A stretch of 64,000 nucleotides of DNA from Blepharisma stoltei ATCC 30299 (lineage: Eukaryota > Protista > Ciliophora): the NCBI GenBank assembly GCA_965603825.1, contig CBFDEM010000039.1, positions 434,001-498,000 of the forward strand, read 5' to 3'. The notes beneath the pieces were generated by a model. That model searched no databases. It saw only the letters and a list, made by a program, of their open reading frames with translations, and was not told the origin of the DNA. The number at the start of each line of letters is the position of its first letter. The stretch's first letter is position 1. Made by a program: the position numbers and the translations under genes. Positions 11,807 to 24,300 of the stretch are shown here, in pieces.

Positions 11807-13027
11807 ATGTCACAACCTGTTAAAATTATTTCACGCACAAATAAAGCAAGGGCCCATATTTCCCCAGACAACCCTCTAATTCACCGTCACAGCTCTCCTG
11901 CACCTCCTAGTTCCTCTCAAAACCAAACCTTACCCCGGAACCCCAAACTGCAGCTGGCAAATTTAACTCCATATGAAAACCCACTAACTTTAAAAACAGT
12001 AAAATCCAAATCCAGAACCCAAATAAAGCCGCATTTAAATTCCTCATTTTCCGTCTCAAAACTGACAAAACAAAACTCTTTAAGTGAATCAATAATAAAC
12101 TCCTCAGATGTAGCATCTTTAGAATCACCTGACTGCAAAGAAGAGCTGACCCCTTCAACCCAAGCCTCAATTGACAAAGCTAGAGAAGCATTTGCCCTTG
12201 AATATAAGCTTAACGAACAAATGAAAACTTTGGGCCAAAGATCACCGATGAACTCAGACAAATTTCGAATTTTTCAAGAAATCTGGGATGAGCTGCTTTC
12301 TAAACAAACACCATTTAAACATATTTTGGAGCTTATAAGAGGTGGATATGAAGAATGGATAGCTAATTTATTAAGGGATTGTGAAAACAAAGGTGAAACT
12401 ATTTATAAGCTGACATCTCAGCTTGAGGAAGAAAAAAATACCTTGAAACTATTAAAAAAAAGATTTAAAAGACTGGCACAAGAAAATATGCAAATTAATT
12501 CGGATTTAGGGACAAAAGATAAGATAATCCAAGAACTTAAGGCACATTTAAGTATAATTTCAAATAGTACAACCCGCGAAAAAGAAATCACAAAAAATAA
12601 TTTGGAAATGCTTCAAAAAGAAAATCTTAAGGTAAAAGCTTATTTAACCAAATCTGAAGAGAGATCAAGAGGCTTAAAAGAAAAATTAAAAGTTTTAAGG
12701 AAACTTATAAAAGTTATTAAAAATAAAGGTTTTCCTGTAGAAGATCTATATGAAAGCGAAATAAAAGCAAAGCCTGCAACAATACCCACAGAACAGAGCA
12801 GAAAAAGTTTGGGAAGCTTTTTAGGGACAAATCCTATGATAACGCTTTCTTCTGTAGAAGGATTTGAAGAAATAGAGAAAAATAGCAGCTGTGATTTTAG
12901 ATATTCGCCTTCTATTGAGCCGAGCACTTTAACTAAAGGAGGCGATACATTTTTATTAGATGACACCCACGATTTAACAGATTTTCAAGACCAAAACTCA
13001 GATTCTCGATTTATTAAGGACTTGTAA
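11807..13027 (+). CDS. Coiled-coil protein with TSNAXIP1-N-like segment
   Basis: FRIFQEIWDELLSKQTPFKHILELIRGGYE resembles the translin-associated factor X-interacting N-terminal domain. Confidence 0.6.
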   Translation: MSQPVKIISRTNKARAHISPDNPLIHRHSSPAPPSSSQNQTLPRNPKLQLANLTPYENPLTLKTVKSKSRTQIKPHLNSSFSVSKLTKQNSLSESIINSSDVASLESPDCKEELTPSTQASIDKAREAFALEYKLNEQMKTLGQRSPMNSDKFRIFQEIWDELLSKQTPFKHILELIRGGYEEWIANLLRDCENKGETIYKLTSQLEEEKNTLKLLKKRFKRLAQENMQINSDLGTKDKIIQELKAHLSIISNSTTREKEITKNNLEMLQKENLKVKAYLTKSEERSRGLKEKLKVLRKLIKVIKNKGFPVEDLYESEIKAKPATIPTEQSRKSLGSFLGTNPMITLSSVEGFEEIEKNSSCDFRYSPSIEPSTLTKGGDTFLLDDTHDLTDFQDQNSDSRFIKDL

Positions 13028-13087
13028 AATAATTAATTAAATTAAACTCCATAATTCCTTATTATGAAATTCATGTAAAAATATTAA

Positions 13088-13823
13088 ATGCAAGCTGCAC
13101 CTTTTAGTATAATATAACTTAGGACTTGTATATGACGATAGCCGCAGGATAAATTGAAGAAATATATGCTCAGCAGAAATCGCTAACATTTTAAACGTAA
13201 AATCAACATAGGGCGACTTGAGACCTCTCAATAATGTAATCGAAGATCTCGCATATGTTGATCTTGAAAAAGATGGGTTCGTAGGCACAAATCCTGAAGT
13301 CTTCAAAAAGCTAAAAATCATGCAGTTTGGCATCCAATATCTCCTATACAGCCAATCTCATTTAAAGACCTGGACTGAAGAAATGGTGAAATCAGCTGAG
13401 CATGAAAAAAAGCAAAATACAGCTATGAGAGCTGCAATCAAAAAACAAAAATCCAAGATAAAGAAGTTAAAACAAGAAATTGAAGATATTGACTTAAAAG
13501 GAATGCATTACGATTTATTGACTGACGCACTGAAACCTCAAAATGCGCCATTGGAGTTTAAAAAAATTGAAGAAACCAAAGTTCCTACTGATGAGCCAGC
13601 TTATTTAGCAAAAATAAAAGAGCATTTAAAAGCCTCAGCCAAGCTGCTAAAACCAGATGATGAGCTGCTGGACAGTGATTTTGAACTGTCAATGTCAGTT
13701 GCAGAAAGAAAAACAATCCCTGAAAAAGTACATAGGGAGCAGCCAGAAATCATTAAAGAAGAGGCAGAGTATGAGAATATAAGAAGCAATAGGTTTAATA
13801 ATCCAAGCACTTTTGGTATATAA
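13088..13823 (+). CDS. DZIP1/Iguana-like N-terminal domain protein (3 exons)
   Basis: MQAAPFRLVYDDSRRIN(W=TGA 13155)RNIC...MQFGIQYLLYSQ; introns 13107-13122 and 13197-13211. Confidence 0.8.
13107..13122 (+). other. 16-nt intron GTATAATATAACTTAG
   Basis: GT-AG; removal joins ATG 13088 to the downstream frame. Confidence 0.75.
13197..13211 (+). other. 15-nt intron GTAAAATCAACATAG
   Basis: GT-AG, A10, removes an in-frame TAG. Confidence 0.88.
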
Positions 13824-13890
13824 ATTTTAGTGATTAATATTTAAAAAAAACATAAACTGTCTGATAAATAGGCAATTTGCTGATAATAAA

Positions 13891-14631
13891 ATGCAAGATG
13901 AGCTAGAAACATTGTTAGAAAAACCAAGCTGCAAGGAACAATTGGTTTATATAAGGACTGTGCTATTTATGAGGACAATTCAGATTAGCTTGGCAATGCT
14001 GCTGGCTGGGTTTATGCTTTTGGACAAAACAATAAATAATTTTTTTGATGGAAAAATCTGATTAGCAATTCTCTTGAAATTTTTACTAGTCCCTGTATTA
14101 TGAGCTTTATTCAAATATGATAAAATTGCAGACAATAAGTGACTTTCATGACTAATGGCTTTTCTAGCAACTTTTTTCCTTGGCGTGCTATTTGGCAGCA
14201 TATTTCCAACATTTGGAAAAAGGCCAGGACTGATTGTTTTGATTGCATTGATTTCAGTCCACGTCGTTCTTCTGCTTCATTCTTTACTCGAGTACAAAAA
14301 ATATTCTATATTTCGTGGTATTTTATCAGTTTTGGCTTTTGAAATTGCTAATATTTTGACAATTTATTTTATTGAGCCTGGAAACATATTGTTAAATGTA
14401 AAAGATATATAGATTTTTTGCCCTTTATTTACATGTGTTTATGGATGCTTTATGGCGTGGCATTCAGAAAATATTGCTAACGGAAAAATTAGGCCTGTTA
14501 TCAAAGGAAGGTGGGCTATTGGGGTAATGAGCATTTATGTAGATTTTACACTTATCAAGATTTATATTGCGCAGTTTATAGTATCAAAATGCAAGAAAAA
14601 GAAACCTGAGCAGACTAGCGACAAAATATAA
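13891..14631 (+). CDS. Bax inhibitor-1/TMBIM-like multi-pass membrane protein (2 exons)
   Basis: TGAs at 14059, 14101, 14140, 14149 read through; intron 14398-14412; several hydrophobic segments, C-terminal SIYVDF. Confidence 0.7.
14398..14412 (+). other. 15-nt intron GTAAAAGATATATAG
   Basis: GT-AG, A10, removes an in-frame TAG. Confidence 0.87.
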
Positions 14632-14659
14632 TCTTTAATCATTTTATATTGTTTTAAAT

Positions 14660-16861
14660 ATGGAGCATAAGTTGTCTAAAGCTCAACAAGAAGCTAAAAC
14701 ATACGTAGAAAGACACCAGCTCGAAAAAGTCGTCGGACAAATGTTAAATGCTTTAGTTCACGCTAAAGATCCTTCTCCTATTGTTTTTATGATCAAACAT
14801 CTAGCAACGTTATCCACGCCTCAAGAATTGGCTGAAGCCGGGATTTCAATAAACATGCCAACTCAAGCGAGAGAATCAATTATTCAAGAAAAACCATCCC
14901 CTGTTGAAGAACAAGAGCAAGCCCCAATATGTCCTGAATTTACTGGTTCATCAAATTCTTTAGCTTATAAGTATTGGACTAATGATCTGTGAAGACAAAT
15001 TTATGATAAAAAGACGTCTAATGGGTTTACAGCTGTTTCTTGCATTAATCCTGACAGCAAAGCGAAATTTGGAATCGTCGCAAAAGATGCAGAGTGCTAT
15101 AGGACTTTTGATTATTTATTCAAAAATGTAATTGAGGACTATTATGGCAAAGATTTGAAATATAAAGATGGTACTGATGCTGATCTCCCTTCATATGATC
15201 CCACAAGTGAATTTGTCCAAAACTTAAGGATCAAGATAAGCAGAAATATCAAAGGACAAAAGATGGTCCCAGGAATGAATGATGACGACAGAACAAAACT
15301 TGAACAAACCCTAAGACCTGTCCTTCAAAAAATTGAAGGAAAATATTTAGACATGGAAAGCGCTACTGATGTCGAAAAAGAAGAACTAAGCCTATATTTC
15401 CCTGCAGAGCCTGGAAAAGCTATAGGGGATTATTATTTTTCAGCCCAAAACTGGCCTCAAGGCAGAGCAGTTTTAATTTGTCCAAATAAAAGCTATATTT
15501 GGGTCAACGCCAAAGAGCATATTGAAATAGTAGTCATAGGGTATGGATCAGAGCTGCAAAGTGCTTGGAATCGTGCCCATGAACTATTATCCCTTCTCCA
15601 ACAAGATTTAGAGTTCGAATTTGATGACGAATATGGCTATTTGAATTCAGTGATCAGCGAAATTGGAACTGGAACCAACATCAGCGCTTTTATCCAATTT
15701 CCTTTAATTGCTAAACACCCGAACCTTGAAAACTGGGCAATTCAGCATGAGTTGGATTTAAAAAAAAGAGATGATGGCAAAAGTATTGTAATTTTTGAAA
15801 AACCAAGAATCGGCAAATCGTCTGCAGAAATTGTGATTGATTTTAATAGAACTATAAAAGAAGCAATTGACTGGGAAAAAGAGCTGCAAGTTTTGTTTTA
15901 TCCAAAAATTGAAGGAAATTTAGGAAATTTTGTAACTGAAGATGTCTGGGATAATTTCAAAAATTCTTCAACTTCTGATGGATTTTCTTTTTATAGACAT
16001 ATATCAGCAGCTATTGAAAATCCTGATAATGGCTTTACCCTTTGCTCAAAAGACAGCTATTCTGCCTATTCTTCAATAATTACTAATCTCTGCCAATCAC
16101 TATACAGCCTATCCGAATTCACTTATCAAAAAGACTTAACTGTTCCTGATCTCCAAGAGCCTGATAATGATGGAAAATATATTAAATCAGTCAGGCTTAC
16201 TGCCTATCGTAATATTGCAAGCTTTCCATTCACCTCAGCTTTGTCTACAGCCCAACGAGAAAGTGTCGAAAGTTCTCTTAAATCAGTCTTAAGCCAGCTC
16301 AGTGGCGATTTAGCTGTAGATTGAACCCCAATAACTGAAATAAATAAAAGCGAATCCAAAAGACTGATATCCAAAGGAGAATTATTTGCAAAGCCAGAAG
16401 GCGGAAGAGAAGGAGACTGGCCAGGATATAGAGGAATCTTCAGAAACCCTAATGGAGACTTAATAGCATGGGTAAATGCTACTGAGCATTTAACTATAAT
16501 TTCAAAATCACAGAGCTCACAAATGGTGCCAAGAATCAAAAATCTGGTTGATACTCTTACACAAATTGAAGCTAATTTAGAAATGTGGACAGACGGGCAG
16601 TTTGGGTATCTGGCTTCCACACTTTTAAATATTGGAACTGCATTAGAATTAACTGCTGTGATTTCTCTTTCTAATGCACCATTACAAGATGGGTTTGATG
16701 CGTTTTGCAGTGAAAATAATATGGCATACACAAGAGAAGGAGATAACCTTAATATGTCGTATAATAAGAAGTTCGGAGTTTCTGAGGCACAGAGCTTTGT
16801 GGAGTTTGTGAATGGGTTGAAAAATTTGGTGGCTTGGGAAGAGCAGCTATCGCAATCTTAA
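14660..16861 (+). CDS. RIIa/Dpy-30-like domain + two degenerate ATP:guanido phosphotransferase (arginine kinase-like) domains (733 aa)
   Basis: One frame through TGA 14990 and 16322; GIVAKDAECY..F..VIEDYYG, WPQGRA/WPGYRG, WVNAKEH/WVNATEH, YGYL..IGTG. Confidence 0.85.
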
Positions 16862-16907
16862 ATAAATTTTAATTGGATGAAAGTAAGCTTATATATAATA
16901 AACTATT

Positions 16908-18770
16908 TTATTTAGTTTCTTGGGGCTTCTGTGATTTTAAAACTTCCTCTAAATCGAGCCCTTTTTCAAGATCTCTTGCAGCTTGTCTTGCTTCTTTGAA
17001 AGTCCCTAAGCCAAGTCTGCCGTTAGGGTTTGATTGATAAGTATTATTAAAAACTTCTTTAGCGCCTAACGCCTTAAGCTCTTCAGGAGTCTTCCCTTTA
17101 AGATCATAAGGAAACTCTCCTTTTCCTATCACAAAATGTGTATACTTTGCATCTCTATCAGAAATTTCTCTTGGAGGGTTGTTTTTATCATATAAATAAG
17201 TGCCTTTATTTTTGGCATCATCTGGCGAAAACACTTTTACAGGCATATTCTTGCTTATCCTCAATAACTCTTTAGGAGTTGTGTCATTTACAAGCATTCT
17301 TGTGTATTTTGCCAAAGATTCTGGCATTTTCATAAGTCCTAGCTGTGCATTTGCTTCAGCTGACAGCTTTTTTAAAATTTCTACGTTTAATGCAGTAGGT
17401 TTTCCTTGCATAAGCTGTTGTAATGCTATTATTTCTTCTGCCTGTGAAATCCCAGCTCTTATTTTTCTATCAATATTTACTTGCATTTGTGCAAATAACA
17501 CTCTTGCTAGAAACTCATCTTCAATTGAATCATGTATGTGGCCTGACCTAATGAGACCTGTCCTCTGCTCTATTTCTTTTGCACGCTCAAAAGCTGAGAA
17601 TATGTTCCTCCCCCTTCTTGAAAAGGTTGGAATTCTTTCAATTTCTTGAATTAAGCCTTTTGTCAACGAGCCTGAGTACTCTTTGTTGAAATGTTTAAAA
17701 GCTTCTTTTACCTCTTCAAGGGAATTTTTCATAGACCCATTAAACATAATTTTCAAAGGATTTTCGCCCATTTCCATGCATTGCCTAAAGAACCTGTTAT
17801 CTATTTGGCTTAAAATCACAATTTTTTCCATTGCTTCTTCAAATGACCCATTATATTCTTTTCCTATAAAAATTGTGTCAAAATCAGGAGTTTTTTCATC
17901 TAAAAGTATATTAAGTAACAATTCGCATTCATTATGGTCATGCACCAGTGCGACATTATCAAAATTTCCTAATGTTTTTTTAAGCACCGCTGCTGTATAA
18001 ATATTTCTTGTCCTCAAAAGCTCATTTTGGAAATGCAGTCTTGCGCTTATTGTTAAATAGTAATAAAATTCAGCAGTATTAATCGAAGGTTCAAAGCCTA
18101 ATGATTTTGCTCTAGCTAAATGCTTGTTTAATGATGTGTGAAATATTTCTTTTAGCCTTGGCAAGCTTATGTTGTGAATTAAGTCTTCATGAATTGCTAA
18201 GGGATGAGCTCCAGCAGCAACAACGCCTGCTTGGTTGCTTTCACTTCCTCAGTTAACAGCTGTTAATCCATCATCAGGGAGCAGTTCTTTTTTAACTGGG
18301 TCAACTAAATAAAAAACCCCAAAATCGTCTGTAAAGTGGAAAAATGTTCTCCTTAATTCATTAGCAAAATAGCCTTTAAATTTTTCTCGAATTGGCAAAA
18401 GTTTTTCTTGATTCATCCCTAAAGAAAGATTTTCGTATTGTTTTGGGGTATTGCAGTACTTATAGCTTAAATATGAAAGAGGGTGGAGCAAAGAAATGCA
18501 GACGACTGCTGGGCTCATTTTATCAAGCTTTTCCAGCAGGTATTCTGAAGAATTGAAATTTCCGGGGATACTTCCAAAAATGGTCCCTTTGTGGCTCATA
18601 TATGTAAAATTACTTTCAAATGGTCGTGGAATTGGCGCAACGTTTCGGCTGCATAGACTTTACCCATATTCTTGATGTTTAACTGATAAACTATCCCTTA
18701 TATCTTGGCTTTTAGAAGTACTGCCTCTAAAAGCTGAAAACTTTCTGAAGCCAGTTCATCCACTTTTCAT
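16908..18770 (-). CDS. Divergent TraB-domain-like protein, possibly mitochondrial (2 exons)
   Basis: ATG 18770, TGAs at codon 5 and 18249, intron 18649-18663; LDKMSPAVVCISL and LLRTRNIYTAAVL..NVALV resemble TraB motifs; basic/Ser-rich N-terminus. Confidence 0.55.
18649..18663 (-). other. 15-nt intron GTAAAGTCTATGCAG
   Basis: GT-AG, A10, removes an in-frame TAA. Confidence 0.85.
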
Positions 18771-18852
18771 AATATTTATGGAATTATTAATAAAAAATAT
18801 GGTTTTTGCTTCAAAATTATGATAAAGCATATGACTTTTGCAAAATCTTAAT

Positions 18853-21136
18853 TTATGACAGCTTTTTTTGAAGCTGAGAAGACTCCTCTCTAAACCTAGC
18901 TAATTCGTCTTCCAAATGCAAAATTTTATACATTGTGTATATTACTTCAATATTTTCACTTGAAATCTTCAAAGAAACGAATTCTTCGATTGCTGCTTCT
19001 TCTTGAGTAGTTAGCTCAGATTTTTCCTGTGTTTAAATTACGTTTGCTTTTGCTTTGAAATATTGATAAATTTCTTCATAAGTGGATTTTCCGACTTTTT
19101 TGATTAGTTCTTTCTTTTTTTGGTTGATCATTTTTTCAAATTCTTCTTCTTTTTTGGCATACTCAACTAGCTTGATTTGCATTCCTTGTCTAGTTTTGCT
19201 GAATTCTTCATCTTCTTCTTCCTCCTCTTCTCCACTGCTCCAAAATTGATCTTCACTACTGCTAGAGCTCGGTTCTTCATAAGCCTGGTCTTCACTATCA
19301 GATGAAATTGCTTCACTTGGAGTAGATTGTGGCTTTACATAATGAACTCTATATATAGAATTGTCAAAATTTTGAGTCACTGATATTGGAATCGTTTCCT
19401 CTTCATAGTTTCTGTATGTATCTGGGTTATCCAATGAATGTGTAGTCATTTCTTCATATTCCTGCTTATTAATTACTTCTTCTGAAGATTCTGAATTTAT
19501 TTTAGTTGAGAGCTGTGATTCTTCTATGTGGACTGAAAATTGAGGTTCTTGGATTTTGTTTTGTATTTGGGGTTTTTGGATAACTGGCTTCTCTTCATTC
19601 AAAAAATATAAAGAAATCACTGGTTTATTCAAAAATTCATGCTTTTTTGTTTCTATTTTTACTAATTTTGGACGCTCGAGTTTTGGCTTTACTGGGGATT
19701 CTTGTTTAGCTTCTTCTCTTAAGTCTTTTACACTGATCTTTTTAGGGTATTCAGGAAGCTTTGGGATCGACTCTATATCAGAAAGTTTTTTATTGACGTC
19801 CGCACTAGCTCGTCTAGCACTTTGAGGGATTTCTTTTGGTCTTTGGGGTGGCCGATATTGTGGAATAGCAGGTTTCAGCACTTTTTGCTTTGGAGCTGAT
19901 TTTATATTGGCTGGAACTCTATGTGCATTCAAAGCTGAAATCGGTCTTGGCTGATCAAATTTTATAGGCTCGTCTTGGGCTTTTTTTTGATTTCCATGGA
20001 ATTTTGGGATTTCAGGGACTGGGGCATATTTAGGTACCTGTTTTGGATTTTCAATAGGTTTATTTACTTTAGGCTGAACTGGTGCAGGTCTTGGAATATC
20101 AGGTTTGCCTGCAGAAATCCTACCTTGTGCAGAAGGTGACTTTGAAAGGACAGGTTTTTTCGCTATATCTCCAGCTTTTGAAGCGTCACTATTTATTTTC
20201 ATAACTTTTTCTTCTTCAATTACATCCATTCTGCTTTGATAAGGCGCTGGAATTACTTTAGGAGCTGGAATTTCAGATAAAACTGACCCATTAGGTATCG
20301 GGATATTTAATGAATTCGCTCTATCTCGCATTCCTGGCAGTTTAAGAATCCCGGATACTGATGGTCTTTTTTTATAATCTTTATGCAAACACATAGTTAC
20401 AAGGTCTCTGAGTTCTGGAGAATATTGGGAACTTATTGGGGAATAATTAGCTCGAAGAATTTTTAATATAAGCGCGCCTTGGTTATTTGCATCAAATGGG
20501 TGTTTTAATGTGCACATTTCATATAAAACGCATCCTAATGCCCACACATCACTTTTTACGTTGTAAGGCTTTTCTTCGCACAGCTCTGGAGATAAGTAGT
20601 AAGGAGTGCCTACCGTTGTGTGGGCAAATGCGGCTGTGCTTGATAAAACCTTGGCCACTCCTAAATCTCCAATTCTTACGGAGTCTTCTTTGACTAAAAA
20701 TACGTTCATGCTTTTGATATCTCGATGCAGAATTTTTTTGGAATGAATATATTCGAGTCCCATGCACATTTGTATGAAATATTTTCAAATTTTGGCTTCT
20801 GCGAAAAGTCGACCGCTCTGAATTCTAATTTGATTGCTGAGATCGCCTTTGTCGCAGAATTCCATGATAATATGTAAAGTATTTTTCTCGATAAAGGAAT
20901 CGAAATATCGGACTATGTAAGGGTTGTCTAAACTTGCTAATATTCGAACCTCATTTATTGATTCTTGCTGGCCTCTTTTATCCATTTGAGAAATCTTGAT
21001 TATCTTCATAACATAAATGTTATTGTCAACTGAAATAAATATTACCTATTCTTCTCACCTTGAAAACTGTTCCAAAGCTTCCTTCTCCGAGCTTTCCAAT
21101 TATTTCAAAGTCACTTACGCTTGATCTTTTAGACAT
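18853..21136 (-). CDS. NIMA-related (NEK) Ser/Thr kinase (3 exons)
   Basis: GEGSFG, VMK, HRDIKSMN, GDLG, GTPYYLSPE; TGA 20785 in EAKI(W)KYF; introns 21030-21045 and 19027-19041. Confidence 0.95.
19027..19041 (-). other. 15-nt intron GTAATTTAAACACAG
   Basis: GT-AG, A10, removes TAA; the frame continues 57 codons to TAA 18853. Confidence 0.85.
21030..21045 (-). other. 16-nt intron GTAATATTTATTTCAG
   Basis: Removal restores kinase subdomains I-II (VRRIVDNNIYVMK). Confidence 0.92.
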
Positions 21137-21331
21137 CTTAAAAAAATTTAATAAATTATTTTCATAATTGCATATAATCATATAATAATGAATTGCTAAG
21201 ATAAGTAAACAAGAATAATTAAAATTATAAAATATTGATATGTTTATCAAAAGTAAATAATTCTAACAAATAACACAACTGATTGATACTGAGCTTACCA
21301 ACAATATTATTATTTTAATCATCTAGCGTTT

Positions 21332-24300
21332 TTAAGACGCTTCTGGCTCTTCCTTATCTGAGTCTTCAGCAAATCCTGGATCTTCTAAAGGAATTTCTGC
21401 AGGAGGATTTGCTACAAAAAATGATGAAAATGTACCCGGTTTCATTTGAATTGGATTTCCTGGAGTACTAAATTTGTATGGGATTTGTGTAATATTCGAT
21501 GGTGAGAAAAGTGACTGAGATGCCGCTGTGCTTTGCATTTGTGCAGGATTTTTAAAAAAGCCTCCAAATAATGACGCTATAGGAGTAGTCTTTTCGTTCG
21601 GCATAGGAGTCCCAAATAATGATGGTTTTGCGATTGGCTTTACCGTTTCTGCTGCATCTTCATCAGCTGAATTATCATTAGAATGCTTTAAAAAGCCTGG
21701 ATCTTCTATAGGGACTTCTGCAATAGGATTTGCAACAAAAAATGATGGAAAAGCGTTTGTTTTAGGCAAAGAGCTATTAGAAGAGGTGCTCTTTTCGTCA
21801 GGTTTTTTTTCAAAAATTGATTTTAATAGAGAATTTGATGGAGGGGCTGGCTGAGGCACTCCTTTAAATAAGGATAATTTAGGTTCTTGTGGAGATGCTT
21901 CTTTTTGGGCTTCAGATGAATCTTTTTCAGAGTCTTGGTCTAAAAATCCAGGGTCTTCTAAAGGTATTTCAGAGGTAGGATTTGATACAAAAAATGAGGA
22001 CACTTGTGGGCTGCTTTGAGTTTCAGCTCGAAAAGTTGGAGTTTGGAGACTCATTTCAGGTCTTTTTTCTTCAAAAATAGGCATTTTTGGTTTCTCATCA
22101 TTTTTTTTACCAAAAAGAGACCCTTCTGTAGGTTTATCTTCATTTTTTATACCAAAAAGTAACCCTTCTTTAGGTTTCTCATCATTTTTTTTACCAAAGA
22201 GTGACCCTTCTATAGGCTTATTTTCATTTTTTATACCAAAAAGTGACCCTTCTTTAGGCTTCTCATCATATTTTAAATCGAAAAGTGATCCTCCTGTAGA
22301 TCTTCCCTCACTTTTAATATCAAAAAGTGACCCTTCTTTAGGCTTCTCATCATATTTTAAATCGAAAAGTGATCCTCCTGTAGATTTTCCCTCACTTTTA
22401 ATATCAAAAAGTGACCCTCCTTTAGGTTTCTCATCAGTCTTTGCTTCAAAAATATTCTTAAATGGAGAACTTGTAGTTGATATTTCTACTCTTTGCCCAA
22501 ATAATGAATTTTGTGGGCCAGAAGGTTTAGACTCTTCAATTCCTTCGCCATCTTCAGAATTTGGATTTGAATCATCAGCAAAGCCTGGGTCATCAAATGG
22601 TATATCAGCTGTTACATTTTGGACGAAAAATGAAGAAGTTTGATTATTTGCTTGTGGCTTGGCAGCTGATATAAGATTTTGATTGTTTGCTGCAGTAGAA
22701 GAATTGCCAAATAAAGATCCAGGTTCCTGTTTTTGGTTAAGTGGTGTTTGGCCAAATAAAGATTTTTCTTCTTTTTTTTGAGTTGGTGTACTATCAAATA
22801 TTGACTTTTGAGCAGAAAATGAAGAATTTTTGTCAAATAAAGATTTAGTTTCTTTATTTGAAAATAGTGAAACAGCTTTATCAGACGTAGATTGGTTTGC
22901 AAATAAGCAAGGCTTATCTGATGTAGGCTGAGCTGAAAATAATGAAGGGGCTGCTTTATCGGAAGTATTTTGAGCTGAAAATAGCGATGAGGAAGGCTTA
23001 TCAGATATAGGCTGAGTTGGAAAAAGCGATGAAGAAGGCTTATCAGATATAGGCTGAGCTGAAAACAAAGATTTAGTTCCTTGATTTTGAGATGAAAATA
23101 ATGATGGGGCTGGTTTATCGAACAAGGATTTGGTTGCTGCTGCTTGAGTTGAAAATAATGATGGGGCAGATTTATCGAACAAGGATTTGGTTTCTGCTGT
23201 TTGGGATGAAAGCAATGACAGCTTAGGCTGAGAGTCTTGATTTGTTTGGGTGAACAAAGATCCTCCAAATAGACTAGCTGCTTTATTTTCAGATGATTTG
23301 TCAAATATTGATTTAACCTGCGAGCTTATTGGTGATGGATTGAATAATGAAAGCTTATTATCAAGCTTTGGAGGATTTTCTTCAATTTCTTTTTCAGAAT
23401 TTTCATCTGCATCATCCATAAATCCAGGGTCTTCTAAAGGAATTTCACTTGAAGGATTAGTTACGAAAAATGAAGGCAGAGAGCTCGTTTTTGTACCTAG
23501 AGAAAGGGGAGCTGTTTTTGTATATAAAGGCAAAGAAGTTGTTTTAGTGAAAATAGGACTCTGCAAATTTTTATCTATTATTTGGGGCTTTCCAACTGTT
23601 AAAGGGTTTGGCTTTTTCTCAAATAGGGGTTTAAATGAGCTTTGAATTGGAGATTGAAATAGACTGCCTTTATTTTCTTGGGTATCTGTTTTATTTTGAG
23701 CTGGAGAAGCATTTTCTTGGATTTTTGATGAATCGTTGCTGGACTCATCAACAAACCCAGAGTCTTCAATTGGAACCTCTTGAGGATTTTGTACAAAAAA
23801 TGATGGGCATAAAGGCACTGAATTTTTTGGGGGTTGGCAATTTATTGGCTTGCTTTCTAAAGATTTTTCTTCTGGAGGACTAAAAATAGTTTCTTTTTGG
23901 CTTTGGGTAAAAAATGATGGAGAAACTGATTGATTTATTGGTATCGACGATGTGCCTTGAATAGGTTTTAGCTTAAGCTCCGAATCTTTTGTTAGCGTTG
24001 AGGCTTGAGTTTGAATAGAATCTGGAGCAAAAAATGATTGGATAGTGCTTGGCTGTTTATTAAATGTTGGAGTTGCATCGCTTTCGATATTTATAAGCTC
24101 ATCATTGTCATCAACAAAGCCTGAGTCTTCTATTGGAATTTCTTTAGGATTATGAACAAAAAATGATGGGTAAAAAATATTTGAAGCTTTTATTGTTTGT
24201 TGATCTTTTTGTAATTCATTTATTGGATTTTCCATTTCATGAGTGGTTCGGATATCTCTTTTATTTACTATAACTTCTTCAACACAACTTTGATTTAAAT

